DNA from: Ophelia neglecta
Taxonomy: Eukaryota
DNA length: 64,000 nt
Direction of reading: 5' to 3'
Assembly: GCA_965285935.1 (NCBI GenBank)
Contig: OZ260663.1
Span: 77,252,001-77,316,000 of the forward strand
The position numbers were made by a program, and so were the translations under genes. Below the pieces are notes generated by a model, which worked only from the letters and a program-made list of their open reading frames with translations, did no database searches and was not told the origin of the DNA. Shown piece after piece: positions 54,301 through 64,000 of the stretch; position 1 is the stretch's first letter, and each line of letters starts with the position of its first letter.

Positions 54301-57300
54301 TGTTATTAAATAGCTCTTACTTTGATATTTTCATCGGCCACAACATCAGATAACCTATAATCTACTTGTTTTCTATTGGTAGTCCATGTAATCATTGAAA
54401 ATGGATTTCAGCTTAAAATGAGTTTATTCTCAGACATTGTACACCATGGTAAAGACAATTATGTCAGCGAACGAATACTGCACATACTGCAAAAAAACTC
54501 AGGGTATCACCTCTAAATCAGTGGCGATGATTCCGCTGTGTCCCTCGTCCGGATTACCACAGTCGTTTGTCATCATGCTTCATCTGAGCAGACGATGGGA
54601 CCAAGGCTATGCCTAAAGGTAGCTACAGAATGATGGAATATCACGGCTTGATTACTTATTTGCTTTTCAATTAGTTCTTTGGATGAATGCACGATTTCAT
54701 TCACTGATCAGCAATTGTTCCCGTGCGTTGGTCGAATGCTTATTAGCTTTTAGATTGGAGTTTTTACATAATATTACGAGGTTAGCATTGTAACCATTAA
54801 TTAAGGCCCAAATTTGGAATATTGAAACTTTTATAATGACCCTAGTTTTTAGCAATCCATTCCTATTCCGACGTCGACAATGACGGGAGACGGTTTACGG
54901 TTTCCGGAACCCATTAATCTCGCAGGAGTTGATTTACAATTTGCCTTCCTTTTTTTGACATAGCATATTCCACCATAGTGTACTCTTTGTCTCATATTTA
55001 CTCGGCTTTTTGGTTACAGACAAGCAAACATTTCTCTCATACATTCACATCTACTATCGGCACCCTTTTCTAATACTTTCAATGCTTAAACATCTGTTTC
55101 ATCGATGACTATAAATACTAGATTCACAAAATGGTCTTCCTGTGAAATAAATTTCTTTTTTTTTGCTATACTCTCTTTAAAGCATGTCTAGGCCTATGAC
55201 ACTTAGATATTTACATTTGTCTACCAAAGCTAGCAGTGGCTTCTTGTACCTCTGTTTTATTGTACCGAATGAAAACATGTTAAACATGGCCTATATACAT
55301 GAATACCAGATGGAAGCCACGCGAACGAAACAAGGAGCCGAGGTTTTCTAATGTCGAGGGTCAAAATAAGACTATATTTGACGTGGATGCCTCTTGACTG
55401 ATAGGTATAAGTTGAACATTGAAACACAACTGATTTGTAAATCGCTCCTTCCTTTTTTTTCTAGCTCCGTAAAATATCTGGTCATACGTAAATAAAACAT
55501 TACCATATAAACATTCCAATTCCTCTACCTTTAAAGCTTTTCCGGATGTTTCCACACCCGCTGATGCTGTTGGAGTTTAGCTCCACAAACATGGTAATTA
55601 AAAGATTATACGAAATTGTATCTGTATAATTTGATTATGCCTATTAACAGCGGCCCTGAAAATTGCGTCTGGACAGTGATGGCAGGGATAGACGTACGAC
55701 TCAAGAGATTAAGGCCAGAGTCGATCGATTTAAATCAAAATTTAGATAGATCCTCGGTAAAGTCGCGATATCAAGTACATTGACAGTAAATGTCAACCAA
55801 GCAGGTACAAATTGCAGCAAATATGAGGCAAAGAAAAGAAATATAAAACGTACGACAGGCTAATTACATGTATATATGAATAAAACCTGTCCCACTTTTC
55901 ACCCTGTCCAGGTATTAAACGAGAATGGCTTTTTTTTCCAGGTTACTTTTCAAAATTGATTCTGTTTTCTTCCTTAGTTGAATTTTATACACTATAGTGC
56001 TTTGCAGATTGAAATGCATGTTGTCTATATGCCTATGTGACAATAGCTATCACTTTTGTTGTTTATATTTATTTGTATTTCAACACCTTTTGTTAATTAC
56101 TGCCAAGTATTTGTCAGGCCAATTAGCCTGATTGCTAATTGTTTTTCTTGAAGTTGTCTACTTTTTTAATTGAATGCCTGTTTCTAAAAAATATATCGTT
56201 GTGGGTCCCCGAAGCGATGAAGTTTGTCAGGAAAATGATGATACATTACAGTTAAGAATACACATTAATATTCTTCTATAATTCCTTGTATTTATATATA
56301 ATTATTGCAATGTATTGATAATTCATGTATATAGCCACACACTGTTGAGCATAACGCCTCAACAGTCTCCTGTTGCATCATCACTTATTAACTTTCTGTT
56401 TAGATGTAATGTCATTGAGGTCTTACTCCGAAAAGACGAGAACGGGAGTAACATGTAAGAAGATCTAGAGGCGTTCTTGGTAAATATGAAGAAAAATGAA
56501 AAAAAATAATTCATTCATAAGAGGTGACAATTAAATGTGTGCACATCTATACTTTCATTAATTGAACAAACATGAGCACTTTTTAATCCTTAAGTTGTTG
56601 TGGGTATTGTTTTATCATCATTCATATACTAGGGGAATTTATCACTAGTTAATTACTGGCAACAACGTTTCTGTCAGGCGTATTAGTCTTAGTCTCATTG
56701 TTTTTCTGATGTCGTCTGCTTGTTAAATTTAATGGGTGTCTCTACGAAATATATTCATGTGCTTCCCCAATGCGATGAAGTTTGACAGGATTATTTTTCA
56801 ATTATCATTATACGGCGAGGCAAGCCATTACGATTTGGTGGCACAAGACAGTCTGAAAAAACCCAATGTCACTTCTAATCGTCTGTTAATGAGAAACCTC
56901 CCGTGGAGAAAGCCACCGGTCATTAAACCTAATCATTGAGAAATAAATGGAAAACCGTTTTCGTTTTAGGAGATACGTGAAAAATATTCATGAACCCAAT
57001 TGGGTCTAAAGCCTCCCTAGACATAGGACGGAGGGCATTGATGGAAAAAATGCCTATAATATGGCCATGAGTGGCTTCAGTGCTACAATGGTCCCCAATA
57101 TGGGCGAGTATTCTCTTTGGCAGCTGGGGGGGGAAGGAATATTCCCCATTTTTCTTCTGAAGTTGCAATGTGTTCTGCATGTTAAAGGAGATACCATTTT
57201 TCAAGTCAGCCGAACTGAAGGTTTATAGGCCTACTGTTCTTTTCTACTTTTCAAGACCTGCTCCTGCTTTGTCGACGATGAGATCTGCCCACCCCAACCT

Positions 57301-58849
57301 CCCGTCCCACTCCCAACCCTACCATCGCTTCCCTTGTCGGCGATCAGACCCCTTCCCCTTCCCTCCCCCGACACTGGTTAGTCGCCAAGGTGCAGGGTAT
57401 TGGCGCTAAAGACGAATATGGTTTAGCTTACTCTGTCTTTAGACCACGTGTCAACAAGACAATCAGAGACATCTCCACTCGGAATTATTTGGCCAAAGTA
57501 AGCAAATAACGAAGCCCGCCTCCTGGACCAAGGGCGCCATCTCATTAGGCACACAAGCTGAATTTATCGGTAGAAATGATGTGAGGGCGGAATGTGGCGG
57601 TAAATTGTAGTCAACGAGCTTTGTGACGACGGATATGCTGGTGAATATTGTTTCAATCAGAAAAATAGAGCAGAGCAATTGTAATTTAATAACAGAGGGT
57701 AACGACTGGGTTCTCCCCCAAAATAAATTCAACAATGTTTTGTTTTGTTGTACATCCTACATGCATTGTCATTCATAAACAAAGTCAATGTATAATGTCA
57801 AAATAACGCCCTGAACAAAACACGATTTCCACATTATAAGGTTAGTAAGAAGTGTAATGTATTTATATCTCAGGTTTTCACACGTGTTTTTTATTATTAT
57901 TTTGTTTAATAATAATAAGGCCTTAGTTCTTTTTGATTCACTGGCCTCACTTCTGGGCCCAATCCCACCTCCCACCCTAGTACCGCCCCAAACCGTGTAG
58001 TGCCGCTGTAAGTTACATGGACCCATGCTAGCAGCGGTTCCAATTTATTTGTAAGGCACCTGGTTAATTAGGTAAATTCCGAAAATAAGATGAAAAATCT
58101 GCGTCTGTCATTTCATATTCAAGGTCAAAAAATTGGAATGTTATTTATTTATTGTTTTTGATATAAAGTGATCAGCTCTTTTACCACGCATTAGTGATGA
58201 ATCCTGAATAAGACACTTCCGGTGATTGAATGGTGCGTTCAATTTGGCACTTGAGGGGGGTGAGGGGGCACGAACAAGGCCCTTCAACTGGTGATAGAAT
58301 ACTTGTCGAAGCTCAATCATTAACTTAGTAAATCTCACAGTTGAAGATCAAAATAACAGCCAGAGACTTTAAAGCCATTAAATCCATGAAGTCAATAGGC
58401 ATACAGCCTTACTCTCAAATTAAACTCCTTGAGTTTTGTTCGGGCGTATTTTCCCCCCATTTAACAACTTAGGCATATAATCCTAACGGGTTTCATAATG
58501 GTTTTAAAGAAGGAAAATTACAGTATTTCCTACGGCTTTGGATGTTATGCTGACTCACCTTTTATGCAGGTGTAATTGACCTGGAAGTAAGACTTGAAGT
58601 CAACTGGGCAGTTTGTTTCCGCCTTGTCGAAGACAGCATCCGGTATGTTTATGTTACATCTCCGCTTTCCAGAACAGCGCCTGTCTGTGTGGTCCATAAC
58701 GTCACCGCTACAACCCACGTGACCGTAATCCGTCCGCACACATCGTCCAATGCGCATGCGTCCATAAAGGGCGCTATTTATGAATATCACTCGGTCCTTT
58801 TCTCCACATTCGGCACGAAACGTCTCGGTTTGGCAGAGTTCCTGGTCAT
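23939..58849 (-). CDS. Single-pass membrane receptor: SUEL/galactose-binding-lectin-like + CUB + sushi(CCP)-like + TM + tyrosine-motif cytoplasmic tail; 7 exons found, signal-peptide exon not located
   Basis: Minus-strand exons 58849-58559, 53905-53498, 35651-35490, 33831-33772, 31407-31326, 24887-24739, 24390-23939; all GT-AG with compatible phases (1,1,1,1,2,1), ~533 aa. Additional small exons in the large introns cannot be excluded. Confidence 0.8.
24739..24887 (-). CDS. Receptor juxtamembrane exon (basic stop-transfer QKVKRSRR...)
   Basis: Acceptor tttttttatcag, donor GTCGGC; phase 2 start completes the Trp codon from the TM exon. Confidence 0.78.
25826..29290 (-). mobile_element. 5'-truncated non-LTR retrotransposon (LINE; APE endonuclease-RT-CCHC, RTEX/L2-CR1-like), inserted in a receptor intron in sense orientation
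   Basis: ORF 26062..29283 plus 3' UTR ending in AATAAA (plus-strand tttatt 25851-25856) and an (AAATC)n tail (25826-25849); no TSD evident. Confidence 0.92.
26062..29283 (-). CDS. LINE ORF2: partial APE endonuclease, reverse transcriptase, C-terminal CCHC zinc knuckle (1073 aa, no true start)
   Basis: VYVP, GDFNAH, YIDH, SDHLP (endonuclease); KAGGHD, YRKITLL, LDTRKAFDRV, GVFQGG..SP, YADD (RT); CRLC..EDAKHFLLVC (zinc finger). N-terminal endonuclease motifs are absent and an in-frame TGA lies 3 codons upstream. Confidence 0.93.
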   Translation of the reverse strand: MIDTFSDRLVGVRVSCGKQAIYIICVYVPYDSCKISNSDDVFDELYEITCRYREKGPVVLMGDFNAHLGPECGPRGWGTTNKNGNALRNLCNELSLSIADLTELCSGPTYTFCNSVGRMSYIDHCVISNSMVQMIQSMCVVNNCVENSSDHLPLQMSLSINSLTHVNRHLTSQPKTRWHKMTPETVNHLYTEPLQQEIADMLHSYSDYSFSGNLHELVIAPLTISSFAEDLARVMCGVSERNLPRSSYKPYLKPYWSQTLKEAKRKNIGKKWEWDAAGRPRDVNNTLYREYKEAKRLYRRERRQAEFQYEHNEQVTLCESHEVDQRYFWFLVNKRRKAPQGPRVNPIHSDVGERIVSAEGVCEEWRRYFKDLATPSNDQEFDSAFKARVERDVVQMEKQSLYNTCPFLTQPYTPEETMHLMREVKCNKAGGHDQVDPEHVHYGGKLTAVALTVLLNSIVRHEYIPDSFRRGIAIPFFKGGGKDATKKDSYRKITLLTIFCKLFEGALLARCDDWLLSNDRLGRLQVAAFKGCSSKHASLLVREVIAYNNDRGSSVHAVSLDTRKAFDRVWIDGLFFKLFQKGINAKLWRLLRLWYMNFRCAVRIGPMLSEWFDIKQGVFQGGKFSPRLYQVYSAELLNSLEAMHVGTQILHSSCSNPTYADDITLMALFLNNLQKLMDATLEYSRRWRFSFNPSKSVYMVFHPPAERTNVHRPLRIGDQEVNPSQGCGHVGIPLSPSPAYVSEVIETRVSAARRKTNAMFGVGSTAHGVQPAVASKLYKSIVMPSLLYGLELVKLRSVDTDRLERAHKQAGKRFQRISANIAGPLSYATLGWWPLECELDYLRLILLHSVLSAAPGSQLRTMVTYRVIEDDLGQAKPSSSGPISSMIDTCHKFRLSHLLHDSIYRGAIPSKLQWKRQVKHAIAYATGQHLGAACLVFPGAKTFWKIGGSLEMSRWWKLSLKFPAALSACRVMVKLVLEDSDLEVTRGRYENIPRGARLCRLCRSEVEDAKHFLLVCPVLEVDRSGIRGLIPSHTRSFPDIMQWLLAGDGESASAVASQIYSLYQARKNKLVNA
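29863..30332. mobile_element. Diverged MITE-like element with ~70-bp imperfect terminal inverted repeats
   Basis: agctgcgatacattcctgatgaagcacattag..atgccattataaaaggcct (29863-29930) matches the reverse complement of 30260-30332 (agccgtgatatattcctgacgaagcctattagg..atgccattataagaggcct). Confidence 0.7.
31326..31407 (-). CDS. Receptor transmembrane exon (VSVVIIGGLAGIFGFIILLVALIC)
   Basis: Acceptor ttttttccgcag, donor GTGAGT; about 24 hydrophobic residues; below the ORF-track size cutoff. Confidence 0.85.
33772..33831 (-). CDS. Receptor 60-bp stalk exon (AEVNSSGAMLLWGSISLPY)
   Basis: Acceptor tttgtgtttctccag, donor GTAGGT; phase 1-1, frame preserving. Confidence 0.65.
35490..35651 (-). CDS. Receptor sushi/CCP-like exon (IGCPRPKPPAHGWVER..GCNH..CEGTQWVGALLNCS)
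   Basis: Four Cys plus a Trp in CCP-like spacing; acceptor ttttttatgttccag, donor GTAATC; phase 1-1. Confidence 0.85.
36657..37140. repeat. Copy 1 of a diverged ~450-bp direct repeat (copy 2 at ~40075-40500)
   Basis: Colinear shared blocks tgcacgtgttcagt..caataaa, tgccaaat, ttcatctct, ttgtgctctgact, tctcattgca, ttttcattttta, ggagct.ggga. Confidence 0.75.
40075..40500. repeat. Copy 2 of the diverged ~450-bp direct repeat
   Basis: Same ordered blocks as 36657-37140. Confidence 0.75.
43292..43482. repeat. Degenerate minisatellite built on (aa)ccactacgaac(aaaataataact) units
   Basis: Repeated ccactacgaac / cgagtcactatctaatc / gaacaaaataa motifs. Confidence 0.75.
46835..48085 (+). mobile_element. 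Heavily 5'-truncated LINE (post-RT part of ORF2 with CCHC finger, 3' UTR and tail), antisense within a receptor intron
   Basis: ORF 46835..47899 with VVPILTYGSEVWG, RFRLRNHRLAVESG, ERICFTCGVLEDEIHFVFDC; AATAAA at 48055-48060 followed by an (A)ATTGA repeat tail 48063-48085; the first ~20 codons are probably flanking DNA. Confidence 0.88.
53498..53905 (-). CDS. Receptor CUB-domain exon
   Basis: SSSSGYLAN..CPWRITVQRGQRINVTLFDF..C..ICGG..VYTSRSHSIEIRI..FLLKY; acceptor ttttcag, donor GTAAAT; phase 1-1. Confidence 0.9.
56010..56790. repeat. Diverged local tandem duplication (~56010-56232 vs ~56530-56790)
   Basis: Shared colinear blocks gttaattactg, tgtcaggc, attgtttttct, aaatatat, cccc..gcgatgaagtttg.cagga at ~558-bp offset. 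Confidence 0.7.
58559..58849 (-). CDS. Receptor SUEL-type (galactose/rhamnose-binding) lectin-like exon
   Basis: ELCQTETFRAEC..VIFINSALYGRM..GRC..GC..RCSGKRRC.I......C....SYFQVNYTC: 8 Cys plus the A-x-YGR motif; acceptor ctctag, donor GTGAGT. Confidence 0.88.
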
Positions 58850-59955
58850 CTAGAGGGGGTGAAAATGTGTTTAATAATTCAACAACACAGATGTAATCGT
58901 GTTTTATGCGTTACGGGTAGAATTTGTATGGGTTTGGGCTACGCATTAACCCTCAATTGAATTAGTAATCATATTTGCTTGCAACTCGGTACCTTTTTAT
59001 TCTAGCACATCAATCAATGTGTTTGATACAAGTATGGTCAATGGGTGGTTGGACAGGGGTCAGAGAAAATGGCTCGCATTAGGGAAATGGGAGTTTCTTT
59101 CATCTAATCATATGTAGGACACGCCAGGCACGAATCGAATTTAGCAGACGATATGAGCCGAGCGATCTGCTGCCGCCGAAGGAGATGGCTGATGATTGAG
59201 TTAGTCGTTCAAACACACTATATGACAGGCTAGGCTGGCATGGCATGAAAGTCTGATCTATAATTCTACAATTTTCGTTGCCAAATTATTTGAATGTCAA
59301 TACCCAAAGGACCATAGTTCTAACAGAATATTCAAATGGGCACGTTGTTTAACTAGAAGCAAACTGGATACCTAATACTAATTTAACAATGAATCAAATC
59401 ATTAAATAAGTACCATATGATCTATCGGCTTGAATCACATGTTAACGCGGCAATAGATGATAGAAATATTCAGGCAGTGTTCAACTTCACGCTGATGGTA
59501 AAGAAAAGTAACTGGCAGAATTGTGCCCTGTATGACCCGAGCTGTAGTCACACAGGCTCGCCAATAGGAAATGAGCCAGTTAGCCATTGCTGTCAAAAGA
59601 TCTGTTAGGCCGGGACTTAATTTGACAGGGTCTGATTGGGAGTTGGGCCAATTGCTCTGCCAGGTTGAGCAAAACTAATCCATGTGTTCGAGGGTCACTG
59701 GCGAGGTTTGCCTTGTCGAGATAAATTGAGGACAGCGAAAAAGTACCTAAACCTACCCACTGACGTGTTTCATTCGCAAGTTTCGTTTATTTATAACATG
59801 CCCAAAAGGGACCTACCCTTAGATACATGTTGACGGGGGGGGGGGTAAAAGTTTTGGAAAAAGGTGTTTCTTGGCCACAAATCGATAAATTTAAAATCTT
59901 TTGTTTAACCCCTGGTAAAATAGGAGTTTCAGAAAAGTTTCCGATGGTATGTAAC

Positions 59956-59993
59956 AATGAATGAATGAATGAATGAATGAATGAATGAATGAA
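59956..59993. repeat. (GAAT)n microsatellite
   Basis: About 9 perfect tetranucleotide copies. Confidence 0.95.
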
Positions 59994-60447
59994 AGTTAGA
60001 ACAAAAAGAACCGAAACAGAATTTATTCGGAGCCACCAGTATATTCATCTCTGGAGACACTAATCGATAAAGAATATCATAAAATTGCACAAGTTGCTTG
60101 TTTTGATCTATGTCAGCCATCTAATATGTTCCAGTAAACATTATTTCGGACATGACAACTCTGTGAAACAAACTGATCTGTTTTTCTAGTTATGTTGATT
60201 TGTCGTCATAAGCAGTTCCTGCGGGCATGTGATAGGGCCTATCGCTTTAGGGCAGGTTAGTGACCATATAATTGGAGTAAACTTTCAACTATGTTTTAAA
60301 TGAGTTTCAACGGGCGTTTACAAGACACCTTTTGATTGGTGGGTTTGATCGACTAGCCGAAGAGAAACGAAGCGCAGGAAATTCTCCCACAGTCCCCGGA
60401 GTTTGACTCGCATTGGTCAGTTTCTCAAATACGTCACTGGTCAAAAG

Positions 60448-60598
60448 CACAGGGCCTTTTTAAAACTGAAAATCAGAGTTGACTGTCCCATATATACCTC
60501 CTATATACTATATAAAACGTTATTTTTATATAGTATAGGCCTATAGGAGGTATATATGGGACGGTCAACTCTAATTTTCAGTTTTAAAAGGCCCTGTG
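60448..60598. mobile_element. 151-bp palindromic MITE with 8-bp target site duplication (hAT-like)
   Basis: Arms CACAGGGCCTTTT(T)AAAACTGAAAATYAGAGTTGACYGTCCCATATATACCTCCTATA are near-perfect reverse complements; flanked by GTCAAAAG at 60440-60447 and 60599-60606. Confidence 0.92.
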
Positions 60599-63500
60599 GT
60601 CAAAAGCCCCTAGGAATCGGGGTTACAAATCACGATATCTGTCGAAGCACTTCATTCCAGGGACAGGTGACGATGAATTGTTTATCTCTTAATTTCGAAC
60701 TTTAGAAAGACGATAATTCCGTGTTTAAATTTATATCACAAGTATACGAGTTTCCCCCTGTGATTGTATTGAATTATGTATATTTAAGCCCCTCCCTCCC
60801 CCCTAGTAAAAATAAACCATGCATGATCTAATGCTGCAAGAAATTTTCGTCATTTATATTTTTTTGTGAATCCTTGGTATTTGTGAAAATCAATAACATA
60901 TATTCAGCAATTTTTTCACAGTATTTTACAGTAAAAAAATAGTTTTAGTTAATTTAATAAATTTGTTTTGTTTGTTACTGGGACAAAAAATGTACATCCT
61001 TCTGTTCCCAGTCTAAAATAATTGTTTGCTAAAAATATATAACCCCACCCCCATTTCTCACATACTAAGAATATAATATTATTAAATTTTAAACATTGCC
61101 ACATAGGCCTATATAATAATGAGCGTGCCACACATATTAGAAATTTGCATGACTAGTAGATAAATTGAGATGTAGATCTGGTTGTTTTATCAGCATGCAT
61201 GTGCCGGCGTTTATCAATGTCGGACGGTATAGAACCTGAATGCCCAGCGGGCTATGAGGATCGGTCTGGAGATTGAACGCCCAGCGGGCGGGCTATTAGG
61301 ATCAACTGAACACGGGCAAACCACTACCTCTCTAGACTTGCTTAGCAATCGCCGAAAGCGTTGTGAGGGAAATCTTATGGTACCGAAATGAACCAAACAT
61401 CACGTGTATTGACATTAACTTGCAAAAGCAATGCCTGTTTTCTTGATCAAATATAAAGGGCTCGTGAACAGATGGAAAAACTCAAAACGAATAAAAAAGC
61501 TAAAAGTCCTTTCTTTACATGGGTTTGAACCAATTTGTCACTGCCAGATGTTAAGTAACGTGACCAAGAAAGGTCAAGGCGTAAGCCACACAAACGTCTC
61601 TGTCAAAGCTTTAAGCCAAAGAAATCGAACAGTCCGTGTTTACTAAGGTTGGCATGCAAAACATTAACACGGCCTAATAAAGAGGACGGTTATCGACAAA
61701 GGCGGATCTTCAGGGACGATAGGACCCCACCTATAGCTCTGCCCCTGACGAAAGTTTAAAGATCATTTCTAGTTGGAGGGGGACCGCTCTCTGGGAGAAC
61801 CTCCCCTTGACAGATGACCACTCTCCCTATAAGATCCTATAGATTCGCCAGTGATCAACAAATTCAAACAGACATTTCTTCACAGGCAGTCCTCGGCAGC
61901 TAATAGAATGACTAAGAGATGGCCGTCTGCATCTGACATTACATTCTCTACAGGAGAATTATTTTCAAAAAGCTCCAATAGCCTCAAAGCAATTTACTTT
62001 CTTGGCATTTCTCTGAAAAGAACACGCCTGACAATGACTTGGTTCTAAAATATTTACTCGTGCAGTGCAATACAGTTGGCACTTTACTATACATGTTATG
62101 CAGCGATTTTCTTTCTAAATAAACTACCTAAGCCTCATAAAAATAACGCCGAGGCTAAGTCTGGGGGATATATGGAGCTTAATCAGGCTCCTTATTAACA
62201 GCCTGCTCTGCATGATTTGCATGCCAAGCAATACAACAGTATAAAGAATATGTCAATAAATCAACTTTGCAATCTTTTACCCGGCATTCATGGGAGAGCC
62301 CAAGGAAGGAGCACCGGATGTTGATGGCGCGTGTGAAGACAATGGCTGACCTTTGAAGAATTGATGGTGGTATTGTCGACAAAGTCCGCCTGCTCTGAAT
62401 GTGACAAGACGACGTTTTGAATAACAAATCCGCCACCAATAGGGGCGTAGAAAGCTTTTCCTTGCTCAGGCAAAAATCGACTTACTTTTTCCCAGACATC
62501 GATTGAGGGTGCCTTTTTACCATTGATTAATGGGGTACAGGTCGGCCAATATGACAAAGTCAACATAAAGGCTACGAGTCGAGGGAAAACCAATAAGTAA
62601 ACACAGTCTGTACAGGAGAACAATAGATCGGCTTTACCTGAGTATGAGAGAGAATGCTCATTACAAACTACGTGTGTTTTATAGAGCGAGGGTCGAACTG
62701 TGTTGATCAAGGTAAAGATATCACGTCATCAATCAGATATTATCGGATATCAAAGGACTCGCCACCAACCATGAAAGCCCTCATGATTGAGTTGTGATTC
62801 AATGTGCTCTCATTCAGAGCAACTGTCATTGTGCTGAAGGTGTTATGGGTAAGAAACACGACAGCAGTAAACTGGTCTTCAAAAGACCGCGGTGAAATGT
62901 GACCCAATAGCATAAGTGGTGACGGGTATGCGAGTGAATGATTTCCCCGTCATCAGGCGCTATTACTCCCCGAAGACAGCCTTCTTGCATCGCAATGAAC
63001 TACAATTATTCAAAAATCACCAGGGAACTGTATATAGGCTCAGCAGGGTTGTTGTATAACACATCATCTGGTGTATAAGTCGCTAGAAGCAGTACTGTTG
63101 TATTCAGGGAAGCTCGGAATATAGATTAATCAAGCTACAATATTACATGAGTAATAAATACCTTTTTAATGATGGTTATTCGTAACAATATTGTTAATAT
63201 AATTATTACTCATATGTTGTACTTATTGTCTTTATTGTTTATATATTATTTTGAATTGAAAAAATAGAATAGGTTCCTTTCAAAAGCATTTCCGTTACAA
63301 ATCAAATGCATTTCTCTAAACTTTACTAATAAGTGTAGATGCTTATTGTCTCTTTGGCTACATGGACATGTAAGTGGCGGGCATGTATGCTAATAAGGCA
63401 AGGTCCTGGGAGAGCTAATACTTAGCCTCCATCAAGAGCCATGACTCGTAGGCAGGGACAAAACACAACAAGCAGGCAGACGAATGGATTCTGTATGACA

Positions 63501-64000
63501 GAAGAATACAAGGACATCAGTGTGAATCTCCTTGCCGGAGGCTCTTGATGATGGAAGAACATCTCCACGATACTACAAACGGTACAAAACTAGGTAATAC
63601 GAAGAATCAGAACGGATACAGCAAGCTATCTTGTTGAAATTGGGTACTTATAATCATATGACAAAAATATTATATTCATCCATTTTCTGTACAATTTAAT
63701 TTCGTTTTTACAATAGAATTTTCCCCACCTTGCGTATATATTTCGGTGGTACATGGATCTTATTTGTATTGCAGCCTGTTCTTAAAGCATACACAGGAGT
63801 TAATTGCTGTCTTGGTGTAGAATCCCTCGAGGCGAGGCGTTTGGTCAGCCATTCTGCTCGTCCTTCCAATGTCCACTCTTGGTCATTGCTTGGCCACAGA
63901 CCTGACCAGATGTGACTCTGGCCTCTTAAAAGCATTAATTGCCGTTGGAAAGCATCGAGTGGTATCCATCACTAGCATGCAGGGAGCTACAAGATCTATA

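Noticed and set aside
62638-62697. Candidate 60-bp phase 1-1 upstream exon of the receptor (VRPSLYKTHVVCNEHSLSYS)
   Set aside because: Has CAG/GTAAAG ends but a weak pyrimidine tract and no signal-peptide or domain character; cannot be supported without cDNA.

Overview
AT-rich, intron-rich animal (invertebrate, probably lophotrochozoan/annelid-like) genomic DNA, not prokaryotic. Three spliced protein-coding genes can be reconstructed by hand with canonical GT-AG junctions and consistent phases. (1) The 3' ~1970 codons of a type I PKS/FAS-like megasynthase (KS-AT-DH-ER-KR-ACP, + strand, 201..8351, 5' end outside the window). Its reading frame is intact, yet only the AT keeps a complete catalytic set: KS HGTGT His->Asn, DH His->Tyr, ER and KR NADPH motifs lost, KR Tyr lost, ACP Ser->Cys. 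This 'pseudo-enzyme' PKS is the main candidate for a novel system. (2) A complete 18-exon choline transporter-like gene (CTL1/SLC44A1-like, + strand, 11271..19456, ~662 aa). (3) A convergent minus-strand single-pass receptor gene (SUEL-type lectin - CUB - sushi-like - TM - Tyr-motif tail, 23939..>58849). Its large introns hold two 5'-truncated non-LTR retrotransposons, MITE-like elements and diverged local duplications; a 6 x 46-bp minisatellite lies just past its stop codon. All calls come from manual motif reading; no database searches were run.
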